Source: Candidatus Omnitrophota bacterium (lineage in GTDB: Bacteria; Omnitrophota; Gorgyraeia; 2-01-FULL-45-10). From it: a DNA stretch of 32,000 nt. Of this stretch, positions 19,126-26,760 are shown in pieces. The DNA lies in NCBI GenBank assembly GCA_023818895.1, contig JAMWCX010000001.1, positions 60,001 to 92,000 on the forward strand, written 5' to 3'. Every line of letters begins with the position of its first letter. The stretch's first letter is position 1. The notes beneath the pieces are model-generated. The model was not told the origin of the DNA. It did no database searches and was given only the letters and a program-made list of their open reading frames with translations. The translations under genes were made by a program, and so were the position numbers.

Positions 19126-19953
19126 ATGGATGCCATAAGGCTGTATCTAAAAGACATAAAGAAACTTCCACTGCTTACGCCTGAGGAAGAGATAGCGCTT
19201 GCCAACAAGATCAGGCGAGGCGATAAACACGCGCGGGCCAAAATGATACAGTCTAATCTGCGGCTCGTCATAAATATCGCCAAGAAGTATTCCCATCTCG
19301 GTGTTTCCATGATGGATCTCATCGAGGAGGGGAACCTCGGCCTCATGAAGGCCGTTGAGAAATTCAACCCCAAGAAGGGATACCGCTTCTCCACATACGC
19401 CGCGTGGTGGATACGCCAGTATATCTCGCGCGCTATCGCCAACCAGGGCAAGACGGTGCGCATGCCCGTCTACGTAATCGAGCTTCTGATGCGTTTCAAG
19501 AAGACCACAGAGCACCTGACAAATTCTCTGAAACGCAAACCCCGGCTCAGCGAAGTGGCTAAGCGTATGCGGCTTCCCATGAAGAGGGTGAAGCAGCTCA
19601 ATAAGATGGTTGCGGGCATATCGAGCCTCAATGCGCCAGTCGGAGAAGAGGGGTCCACGGAATTTATGGATCTTATCGAGGATGAGAATATTACAACAGC
19701 GGCTGATGAGCTTTCGAGCTTCTTCACACAGGAGCGCATAAGAAGCCTTCTTGAGAAGATGTCCAAAAGGGAGCAGAAGATACTAAGCCTGCGTTTTGGC
19801 CTTAAGGACGGCGTGCCGCATACGCTGAGGGACACGGCCAAGCATTTCGGCATAACAAGAGAAAGAGTCAGGCAGATAGAATCCGCCGCGATGAAGAAGA
19901 TGCGAGAGTATATAATACAACAGGAAAAGGAAGCCCTTGCGAAACACAGGTAA
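19126..19953 (+). CDS. sigma-70 family RNA polymerase sigma factor (RpoD/RpoS-like, lacks region 1.1 and the non-conserved spacer)
   Basis: 275 aa. Region 1.2 is [19 protein letters not shown]. Region 2 is [28 protein letters not shown] and [17 protein letters not shown]. Region 4.2 is [28 protein letters not shown]. Confidence 0.9.
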   Translation: MDAIRLYLKDIKKLPLLTPEEEIALANKIRRGDKHARAKMIQSNLRLVINIAKKYSHLGVSMMDLIEEGNLGLMKAVEKFNPKKGYRFSTYAAWWIRQYISRAIANQGKTVRMPVYVIELLMRFKKTTEHLTNSLKRKPRLSEVAKRMRLPMKRVKQLNKMVAGISSLNAPVGEEGSTEFMDLIEDENITTAADELSSFFTQERIRSLLEKMSKREQKILSLRFGLKDGVPHTLRDTAKHFGITRERVRQIESAAMKKMREYIIQQEKEALAKHR

Positions 19954-19970
19954 GGCCAAAAGAGGAATTT

Positions 19971-20495
19971 ATGAATGAGCTAAAAACTTTTATACGTGAC
20001 ATTCCCGATTTTCCAAAAAAGGGAATAATATTCAAAGATATAACGACGCTATTGAAGGACGGCAAGAGATTCAAGCAGGCCGTTGATACCTTCGCGCGGG
20101 AGTATAAAGATAAAAAGATCGACCTCATAGTCAGCGTCGAAGCCAGAGGGTTTATATTCGGCGCGGCGCTTGCTTATAAGCTCGGCGCCGGTATAATACC
20201 AGTGCGAAAAAAAGGGAAGCTGCCTTTCAAGACATATGCCGTAAGCTACGACCTCGAATACGGCAAGGATACTCTCGAGATACATCAGGACGCGATAAGC
20301 AAGGGGGATAACGTCCTTATAGTTGACGATCTTCTGGCCACCGGCGGTACGAGCCGCGCCGTCATAGACCTCATCGAGAAGATAGGCGGAAAAGTCGTGG
20401 GGCTGGCGTTTCTCATCGAGCTTCTTCCATTAAAGGGCCGCGAGAAACTCAAGGACTACAATATAGTTTCGCTTATCAAGGACGAGTATTGCTGA
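19971..20495 (+). CDS. apt: adenine phosphoribosyltransferase
   Basis: 174 aa with [21 protein letters not shown], the PRPP-binding loop [13 protein letters not shown], and YDLEYG. Confidence 0.93.
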   Translation: MNELKTFIRDIPDFPKKGIIFKDITTLLKDGKRFKQAVDTFAREYKDKKIDLIVSVEARGFIFGAALAYKLGAGIIPVRKKGKLPFKTYAVSYDLEYGKDTLEIHQDAISKGDNVLIVDDLLATGGTSRAVIDLIEKIGGKVVGLAFLIELLPLKGREKLKDYNIVSLIKDEYC

Positions 20496-20504
20496 AATTA
20501 TTCG

Positions 20505-20581
20505 GCCCCTGTAGCTCAGATGGATAGAGCACAGGTTTCCTAAACCTGGTGTCGCCCGTTCGACTCGGGCCAGGGGCGCCA
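20505..20581 (+). tRNA. tRNA-Arg (anticodon CCT), with genomically encoded CCA
   Basis: Hand-folded cloverleaf of 77 nt. The acceptor stem is GCCCCTG/CAGGGGC and the D arm is GCTC-AGATGGATA-GAGC. The anticodon arm is CAGGT-TTCCTAA-ACCTG, giving anticodon CCT. A 5-nt variable loop is followed by the T arm GCCCG-TTCGACT-CGGGC, discriminator G and CCA. Confidence 0.9.
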
Positions 20582-20624
20582 TGAACCGTTCGCAAAAATT
20601 TTTGTTCAGGTTCATGGCATAGCC

Positions 20625-21326
20625 ATGACGGCAAATATAATGTATAATAAAAATATGAAAAATTCCCAGCTCAAAATGATAGGATTCCACACCCACACGC
20701 TCTTCAGCGATGGCGAGCTTTTGCCGAGCGAGATGGTAAGAAGATCCGAGGCGAAGGGCTATAAAGCGATAGCCCTTACGGACCATGTCGACTCCTCCAA
20801 TATCGATTTTGTTCTTCCCAGGATAGTAAAAGTCTGCAGGGTATTGAATAGGCACTGGAAGATCCGTGCCATTCCAGGGGTCGAGATAACCCATGCGCCA
20901 ATTCAGGAAATTGCGCCTCTTGTCAGGTTCGCAAGAAAAAGCGGCGCCCGAATAGTTGTTGTCCATGGCGAAACCGTTTCTGAACCGGTCCTTGCCGGCA
21001 CAAATAAGGCGGCCATCATGGCAGGCTGCGATGTGTTAGCTCATCCAGGGCTTATATCGGCAGAAGATGTGAAGCTGGCTAAAAAAATGGGGGTGTTTCT
21101 TGAGCTCACCACAAGGAAGAACCATTTAAGCCCCAACAGGCGTCTTGTGGGGCTGGCAAGGGCTACAGGAGCTAAGCTTGTGCTTAATACCGATGCCCAT
21201 GACGAGGATGATATAGTGACCTACCATCAGGCGATACGTTTTCTGGCAGCCCTTGGCATGAGAAACGATGAGATCGCCGGCGTATTCAGGAATTCAGAGG
21301 AATTATTAAAAAGATTAAAAATTTAG
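20625..21326 (+). CDS. PHP-family metal-dependent phosphoesterase (histidinol-phosphatase-like)
   Basis: PHP motifs are GFHTHTLFSDGE, AIALTDHVD, PGVEITH, VVVHGE, VLAHPG and LNTDAH. The real start is probably the internal ATG at 20655 (MKNSQLKMIGFHTH). Confidence 0.75.
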   Translation: MTANIMYNKNMKNSQLKMIGFHTHTLFSDGELLPSEMVRRSEAKGYKAIALTDHVDSSNIDFVLPRIVKVCRVLNRHWKIRAIPGVEITHAPIQEIAPLVRFARKSGARIVVVHGETVSEPVLAGTNKAAIMAGCDVLAHPGLISAEDVKLAKKMGVFLELTTRKNHLSPNRRLVGLARATGAKLVLNTDAHDEDDIVTYHQAIRFLAALGMRNDEIAGVFRNSEELLKRLKI

Positions 21327-21362
21327 GATGTTAAAAGTTAGAAATAAAAAAGCCATTTTTAC

Positions 21363-21390
21363 TTGACAATTTTATATCCTGTGATATACT
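21363..21390 (+). promoter_or_regulatory. sigma70 promoter with extended -10 (TTGACA-16 nt-TGaTATACT)
   Basis: TTGACA at 21363-21368, TG at 21382-21383 and TATACT at 21385-21390. It lies about 230 nt upstream of the OMP start codon. Confidence 0.6.
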
Positions 21391-21622
21391 TTATACACTA
21401 CCGCGAGGTAGAGCGCCTATAACACCATAGACGACTTGAATCTTGGCGAAAGAGGAGGTGGTGGAACAAAATAGCCTAGAGTTGTCACGACGTGGTGATA
21501 TAGATAAAAAGTAAAACGAAATATATAGCGGGCTTGAAGGATCATGTTGGGCATCAGTGATTGAAAGCCCACGATTATAATATAGGATTTCAAAGTCGTT
21601 TATTCAATTTAAAGGAGGTAGC

Positions 21623-23161
21623 ATGAGGTTTTTAAAAGTCGCTTTTGTAATGGCGATTGCTCTCTGCCTCACCGCGAGCGTCTACGCCGAGACCCAGAGC
21701 GTTAAGGTCAGCGGAGACCTCACGATCAGAGGATTGATGAGAGACAATTATGATCTGCGGTATGTGACGAACTCGACTGAAACAATCGGTGGAGTTGTCA
21801 CAAGTTTTGCCCAGGATGGTGGCGGGCTGACCGGTGTCGGTACCTATCCTGGTGCTAACCAGGCATGGTGGATGAGCCAGACAGAGGTTCAGGTGGATGC
21901 TGAGCTTACTGACTGCGTATCCGCTTGTGTCAGGATAGCGAATGAAAGAGACTGGAACGTTCAGAATAAAGTAATCGTAAACCAAAACACCGCTTTATGG
22001 CCTAACGGATTCGGAGGATGGGCTACGCCAGATGGCGATGCGGAAGAGTTTGAAATAGAGCTCGACCTTGCGTATGTGACGCTGAAGAATTTCATCTATC
22101 AGCCTCTCACAGTCACAATCGGCCGTCAGGATCTCTGGTTCGGTAAAGGATTCATCGTCGGCTCAAATCAGTTGTATAACAACTGGCTAAGAAGCAATCA
22201 GATGTTGAATGCGCCAGAATACACGCTGAATACGGCCTTCGATGCTTTCAAGGCGGTATTGGATTACGATCCATGGACTATCACGGGTGTCTATGCAGCG
22301 ATACTTACCAACTCTATCGCATGGGATGACGGCGTGAGTCTTTGGGGTATAAACGTCGGCTATAAGTTTGACTGCTATAAGGCAGAAGCCGAGGCCTACT
22401 GGTTTGCCAAGATCGACAATTCGGTTGAGACATACCGTGGCGCAAGAGGCAGCCAGACCCACACCATTGGCGCCAGAGGCAGCATGGATCCAATAGAGAA
22501 TCTGACTGTAAGCGGCGAATTGGCCCTGCAGTTCGGAAATTACATCGGTTCCCGTTTTCAGCCAGATGAAAGAGATCGTAGCGCATGGGCTATGGATATT
22601 GGAGCCGAGTACAGGGGCTTCATGGATAAGTTGGCATGGAAGCCGAAAGTTGCTGCCGAGTACATCCTGTATTCCGGCAATACCAACAACGCAGATAATC
22701 AGGTTGCTGCCACCGATACCTTCGGCGGCTGGGACCCGATGTTCCGCGGTAAGTTTGACTCAGCTATCCGCGAATTCGTCGGCATGTATTACGCGACCTA
22801 TGATTATCCGGCCAACCCGCTTACAGTACAGTCGGTTCCGGATGCCTCATTTACCAACCAGCAGCAGGTAGTATTCTCCGGCAGCTTACAGCCGATGGAT
22901 TGCCTGACGCTAAAGGGTAACTATAACCTGTTCTGGACCTACACCGACTATACCAGAACATGGGCTGCGCCGAGCAATGACAAGCGCGGTGGCTATATCG
23001 GTTCAGAGTTGGATCTCCAGGCTATATGGGACTACACAGAAGACGTGAGCTTTGGTGTCCTTGCGGCTTGGTTCTATCCTGGCTTTGGCGGTGCATACGA
23101 TCCGCAGAATGTCAACGCTACGGTTTCCGATATCGTTGGAACCGTGAAGATAAGCTTCTAA
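21623..23161 (+). CDS. outer-membrane beta-barrel protein, porin-like (resembles the alginate-export family)
   Basis: 512 aa with strong RBS AAAGGAGG. The signal peptide is MRFLKVAFVMAIALCLTASVYA|ET. The sequence is rich in alternating aromatic and hydrophilic residues, and LTVTIGRQDLWFGKGFIVG resembles the alginate-export core motif. The C-terminal beta-signal ends in F (TVKISF). Confidence 0.72.
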   Translation: MRFLKVAFVMAIALCLTASVYAETQSVKVSGDLTIRGLMRDNYDLRYVTNSTETIGGVVTSFAQDGGGLTGVGTYPGANQAWWMSQTEVQVDAELTDCVSACVRIANERDWNVQNKVIVNQNTALWPNGFGGWATPDGDAEEFEIELDLAYVTLKNFIYQPLTVTIGRQDLWFGKGFIVGSNQLYNNWLRSNQMLNAPEYTLNTAFDAFKAVLDYDPWTITGVYAAILTNSIAWDDGVSLWGINVGYKFDCYKAEAEAYWFAKIDNSVETYRGARGSQTHTIGARGSMDPIENLTVSGELALQFGNYIGSRFQPDERDRSAWAMDIGAEYRGFMDKLAWKPKVAAEYILYSGNTNNADNQVAATDTFGGWDPMFRGKFDSAIREFVGMYYATYDYPANPLTVQSVPDASFTNQQQVVFSGSLQPMDCLTLKGNYNLFWTYTDYTRTWAAPSNDKRGGYIGSELDLQAIWDYTEDVSFGVLAAWFYPGFGGAYDPQNVNATVSDIVGTVKISF

Positions 23162-23177
23162 GTTAGCATAGTATCGC

Positions 23178-23213
23178 AAAAAACCCCGTCCCAAAAGGGC
23201 GGGGTTTTTTGTT
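23178..23213 (+). terminator. Rho-independent terminator after the OMP gene
   Basis: AAAAAA-CCCCGTCCC (23184-23192), loop AAAA, GGGCGGGG (23197-23204), then TTTTTT. The GC stem has one bulged T, and the flanking A and T runs make it look bidirectional. Confidence 0.85.
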
Positions 23214-23239
23214 TAGTACAGATAACGGCTTGAATAGTA

Positions 23240-23268
23240 TTGACTTTTAGCCCGGCCGTAAATATAAT
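23240..23268 (+). promoter_or_regulatory. sigma70 promoter (TTGACT-17 nt-TATAAT) of the DUF4870...EndoIII-like operon
   Basis: TTGACT at 23240-23245 and TATAAT at 23263-23268. It lies directly after the terminator, about 30 nt upstream of the TAAGGAGG RBS. Confidence 0.65.
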
Positions 23269-23298
23269 CTAACACATAAATAATGTAAGGAGGCGAAT

Positions 23299-23631
23299 GT
23301 GCCGGAAGATTACAAATATGACGAAAAAGAGGTCCTGGAAGGAAAACCCTACGCCATTCTCGCTTATCTGTGGATCCTGTGCCTTATACCTTTATTATTA
23401 AAAAAGGATAATAAGTTCGCTCTTTTTCACGCAAAGCAGGGGCTCGTTCTTTTTATTGGCGAGATAATTATTGGGATAGTGGGCATTATACCCTTCATAG
23501 GATGGCTGATAGCCTTTTTCGGAACGATACTTTTCAGCGTCTTGTCGCTTATCGGCATAGTGCAGGCCTTAAATGGTAAGTACTGGAAGATGCCAGTTGT
23601 CTTTGATATAGCTGAACCGATCAAGTTCTGA
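23299..23631 (+). CDS. small integral membrane protein, DUF4870-like
   Basis: 110 aa with a GTG start after TAAGGAGG. YAILAYLWILCLIPLLLKKDNKFALFHAKQGLVLFIGEII resembles the DUF4870 signature. Three predicted TM helices. Confidence 0.68.
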   Translation: MPEDYKYDEKEVLEGKPYAILAYLWILCLIPLLLKKDNKFALFHAKQGLVLFIGEIIIGIVGIIPFIGWLIAFFGTILFSVLSLIGIVQALNGKYWKMPVVFDIAEPIKF

Positions 23632-23632
23632 G

Positions 23633-24409
23633 ATGAAGCGAAGGAAATTAGCCGGAGTGGCCGGCGTCTCGGCGGCGTTTGTGATAATGGCCCTTTTGGC
23701 AATGGCGATGTATTTCACCTCTGCGCGCAAAAAAGAGCCTGTTGCCACTATAGTCGAGAAAAAAGTTGAGGCTGAGATTGTTAAGAAGCCAGCTTTGCCT
23801 CTACATATTGTTAAGTGGTTCCCTTTCTCAGAAAAGGATTCTCTCAAGGAGTGGGAGGAGAAGATATTCAAAGGCAGGGTCCTTTACAAGGTGGAGAAAA
23901 GCGGCGATCTTTCGTATGTGCGCGCCAGAAGCGACGCGGCGGCCTCGGCCTTGTATTACAGGATAAAACTCGATGCCAGGAATAATAAGCCGGCGCTGAC
24001 ATGGAAGTGGCGGGTCGATAAGTTTCCTGAAAAAAAAGCTCCCGAGAGTCTTGAGACAGAGAAAGAAGACGATTTTGCGGCAAGGGTTTATGTGATATTC
24101 CCTGCCGCATTCATAACGAATTATAAGGTGCTAGAATACGTCTGGGCCGAAAAGCTGCCTGTCGGCACGACAGGCACAAGCCCTTATTCGAAAAATATAA
24201 AGCTCATGGTATTGAGGAGTGGGCTTGCTGCAGATGGTGTTTGGAGTCTTGAAGAGCGCGACATAGTTGCAGATTACAAGAGGATGTTTGGAACAAGCCC
24301 GGAGAAGGATATCGGAGCCGTCGCTTTTATGACCAATACCGAGCATACGGGCACAAGCGCCGAGGCGACATACGATGAGATCAGGCTCGGTTATATAGAT
24401 CGGAAGTGA
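23633..24409 (+). CDS. DUF3047-like protein with N-terminal signal anchor
   Basis: 258 aa, starting 1 nt after the upstream stop. An N-terminal TM segment (VAGVSAAFVIMALLAMAMYF) is followed by LKEWEEKIFKG, YVRARSDAAASALYY, DDFAARVYVIF, LEYVWAEKLPVGT and GAVAFMTNTEHTG, as in DUF3047. Confidence 0.68.
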   Translation: MKRRKLAGVAGVSAAFVIMALLAMAMYFTSARKKEPVATIVEKKVEAEIVKKPALPLHIVKWFPFSEKDSLKEWEEKIFKGRVLYKVEKSGDLSYVRARSDAAASALYYRIKLDARNNKPALTWKWRVDKFPEKKAPESLETEKEDDFAARVYVIFPAAFITNYKVLEYVWAEKLPVGTTGTSPYSKNIKLMVLRSGLAADGVWSLEERDIVADYKRMFGTSPEKDIGAVAFMTNTEHTGTSAEATYDEIRLGYIDRK

Positions 24410-24415
24410 TAATTG

Positions 24416-24853
24416 ATGCGAGCTAAGTTTTTCAGGACAAAATATCTTACCGGAAGCCGTATCCAGATGCGCTATCTTGGGCTTCTCATGATATCCATGA
24501 TAATCCCCATGATATTCCTCGGCGGATGTCTCTATTACCTTATATTTACACTTTTGGCCGAACAGATAGGAATACCCGAATACATAGCCCATAACCTTTT
24601 TCCTGTTGTTAACAAGATCAATCTCATGCTTCTTGTCGGCGTGCCGCCTCTTATCGGCATCCTTGTCCTGTGGGGCATAGTGCTTTCCCACAGGTTTGCA
24701 GGCCCGCTTGAGCGGCTTGAGGATGAGCTTAAAAAGATCACGGAAAAGGAGAATTATAAGCACAGGATACTATTGAGAAAGAGGGACGACGTCAGGCCGA
24801 TAGCTGATGCGGTTAATAAGCTGCTTGATAAAATAGAGGAAAAAAGAAGATGA
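24416..24853 (+). CDS. two-TM membrane protein with a HAMP-like linker and no output domain
   Basis: About 145 aa. Two TM helices (LGLLMISMIIPMIFLGGCLYYLIF and LMLLVGVPPLIGILVLWGIVL) are followed by SHRFAGPLERLEDELKKI...IRPIADAVNKLLDKI, which is HAMP AS1/AS2-like. The stop overlaps the lpxA start in ATGA. The track start at 24413 is TTG; I prefer the ATG at 24416. Confidence 0.62.
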   Translation: MRAKFFRTKYLTGSRIQMRYLGLLMISMIIPMIFLGGCLYYLIFTLLAEQIGIPEYIAHNLFPVVNKINLMLLVGVPPLIGILVLWGIVLSHRFAGPLERLEDELKKITEKENYKHRILLRKRDDVRPIADAVNKLLDKIEEKRR

Positions 24854-25647
24854 GCCAAATAAGCAACCAGGCGGTAGTAAGCAAGAAGGCAAGGATCGGC
24901 GAGAGGGTTGAGATCGGCCCATTTGCCATAATCGAGGATGATGTTGAAATAGGCGCCGGCGTCAAGATCTGGCCGCATGCGTACATAGCGGGCGGCACAT
25001 CCATAGGGGAGGGTTCCCAGATACATATGGGCGCTGTGGTGGGTCATCTTCCGCAAGACTTGGCGTTCAAAAATACGAAGACATTTTGCAAGATAGGAAA
25101 AAATACAGTTATACGTGAGTACGCCACTATTCACAGAGGAACCGAGGAGGGTTCTGAGACCACGGTGGGGGACAACTGTTATCTAATGGCCGTTTCTCAC
25201 GTCGGACATAACTGCCATATAGGCAATAATGTCATACTCGCCAACTGTGCCCTTTTGGCCGGCCATGTTACTGTCGGCGACCACGTATTCATATCCGGCA
25301 ATGTGGTTGTTCATCAGTTCTGCCGCATCGGTACCGCCGCTATCATAGGTGGATTTACCGGCATAAATAAAGATGTGCCGCCGTATATGCTTGTGAGGGG
25401 GCCTTCTGTTGTGCGCGGCGTGAACCTTGTAGGATTGAGGAGGCTTAAATTCTCGAGAGAGGCGATAAAGACGATAAACGAAGCTTACCGGCTTTTGTAC
25501 AAGTCAGATATGAACACCGCCCAGGCGATAGAGGCGATGAGGAAGCTGGGCCCGTCCAAAGAGATAGATAACCTGATCAATTTTATTCAGGGATCCAAGA
25601 GAGGCATCTGCAAGTATAAGTATAGTGATGATGAATATTTCGAATAG
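24850..25647 (+). CDS. lpxA: acyl-ACP--UDP-N-acetylglucosamine O-acyltransferase
   Basis: 265 aa. Left-handed beta-helix hexapeptide repeats (IGERVEIGPFAIIEDDVEIGAGVKI...) are followed by HVGHNCHIGNNVILANCALLAGHVTVGD, a PPYM segment, and the LpxA C-terminal helical domain (VGLRRLKFSREAIKTINEAYRLLY). Confidence 0.93.
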   Translation: MSQISNQAVVSKKARIGERVEIGPFAIIEDDVEIGAGVKIWPHAYIAGGTSIGEGSQIHMGAVVGHLPQDLAFKNTKTFCKIGKNTVIREYATIHRGTEEGSETTVGDNCYLMAVSHVGHNCHIGNNVILANCALLAGHVTVGDHVFISGNVVVHQFCRIGTAAIIGGFTGINKDVPPYMLVRGPSVVRGVNLVGLRRLKFSREAIKTINEAYRLLYKSDMNTAQAIEAMRKLGPSKEIDNLINFIQGSKRGICKYKYSDDEYFE

Positions 25648-25649
25648 CG

Positions 25650-26750
25650 ATGCCGTCCGATAAGGCAAAATCCTACTGGCGACACAAGTACTCCGTCACC
25701 TTTGTTTCCCTGGCCGTCTCTTTTGTGTTTTTATCCGTTTTTCAACTCTCTGGCTCGTCCGCCGCTATTAGAGCGAGTGCCTCCAAATTTACTGAGAATT
25801 TTTACATCACCTGCTTGATATATATTTCCGTATTCAGCCTGACATACGGCGCGGTCATGTTTCCGCTTGATTTTTATGAGGGTTACGCTATTGAACGCCG
25901 TTTCGGGCTTTCTAATCAATCGCTCGCATCTTGGCTTAAGGACGAGGCGAAAAAGAGCGCCATTTCATTCGCGTTTTTCCTTTTTCTTATCGAGGCTTTT
26001 TACGCTATAGCCAGGTGTTTTCCGGCGACATGGACCCTGGCGGCCTCCCTATTTTGGATAACACTTTCAGTGGTACTTGCCAAGGTGTTCCCCCTGGCCA
26101 TAATACCCATATTTTACCGATATAGCCCGTTGTCCAGCCAGGACCTTAAGAAAAAAGTCCTCCATCTTGCCGATAAGTTCGGCATAAAAGTGCTGGATGT
26201 TTTTGAGATAGATTTTAGCACCAAGACGAAGAAGTCAAACGCCGCTGTAGTGGGTTGGGGAGGCTCCCGAAGAGTTATACTTGCCGATAATCTGGTTAAT
26301 GAATTCTCGACCGAGGAGGCAGGGGTGGTAGTAGCGCATGAGATGGCGCACCATAAGCGCGGGCACATGTGGAAACTTATTGCCTTTAACGCCATCTCCA
26401 TTTTTTTGTTCTTCATTCTTCTCGATAAGTTGTTGCTGCCGCTTGCCAGCCGGCATAACCCGAACGCTTTTTTAGACCTATCATTTTTCCCGCTTGTATA
26501 TATGTTCTTTATGGCATATGAATTCTTAATGATGCCAATCTATAATTGGTTTTCCCGCCGCCTTGAGACGGAGGCCGATATTATGGCATTGCGGGCCACC
26601 GGCTCTCGAGATGCGTTTATTTCGATGATGCAGAAGTTAGCGAGCAAGAACCTGGCGGATACCAGTCCCAACCCCATAATAGAGTGGCTTTTGTACAGCC
26701 ACCCCCCGATTTCCAAAAGGATAGAACTTGCCAAAAACCTCCGCCTTTAA
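25650..26750 (+). CDS. M48-family zinc metallopeptidase (Ste24/HtpX-like), polytopic membrane protein
   Basis: 366 aa with multiple TM helices, the HEXXH motif (VVAHEMAHHKRGH) and the downstream third ligand region (ETEADIMAL). Confidence 0.85.
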   Translation: MPSDKAKSYWRHKYSVTFVSLAVSFVFLSVFQLSGSSAAIRASASKFTENFYITCLIYISVFSLTYGAVMFPLDFYEGYAIERRFGLSNQSLASWLKDEAKKSAISFAFFLFLIEAFYAIARCFPATWTLAASLFWITLSVVLAKVFPLAIIPIFYRYSPLSSQDLKKKVLHLADKFGIKVLDVFEIDFSTKTKKSNAAVVGWGGSRRVILADNLVNEFSTEEAGVVVAHEMAHHKRGHMWKLIAFNAISIFLFFILLDKLLLPLASRHNPNAFLDLSFFPLVYMFFMAYEFLMMPIYNWFSRRLETEADIMALRATGSRDAFISMMQKLASKNLADTSPNPIIEWLLYSHPPISKRIELAKNLRL

Positions 26751-26760
26751 GGATGCCGTG

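Noticed and set aside
19121-19128. TATAAT overlapping the sigma-factor start codon, raising the possibility of a leaderless or downstream-initiated transcript.
   Set aside because: The conserved region 1.2 (IRLYLKDI...PLLT) begins only three codons after this ATG, so the start codon is needed. The TATAAT would place the TSS inside the gene, so it is probably coincidental in AT-rich sequence.
20430-20966. 178-aa minus-strand ORF spanning the tRNA-Arg gene and the start of the PHP gene.
   Set aside because: It runs antisense through a well-folded tRNA and a motif-supported CDS, and I recognise no domain signature in it.
21444-21515. Possible 23-codon leader peptide in the OMP leader (TTG GCG AAA GAG GAG GTG GTG GAA ... 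AAG TAA).
   Set aside because: It depends on a TTG start without an upstream Shine-Dalgarno sequence. The AGGAGG lies inside the ORF rather than before it. I keep it only as a note within the leader finding.
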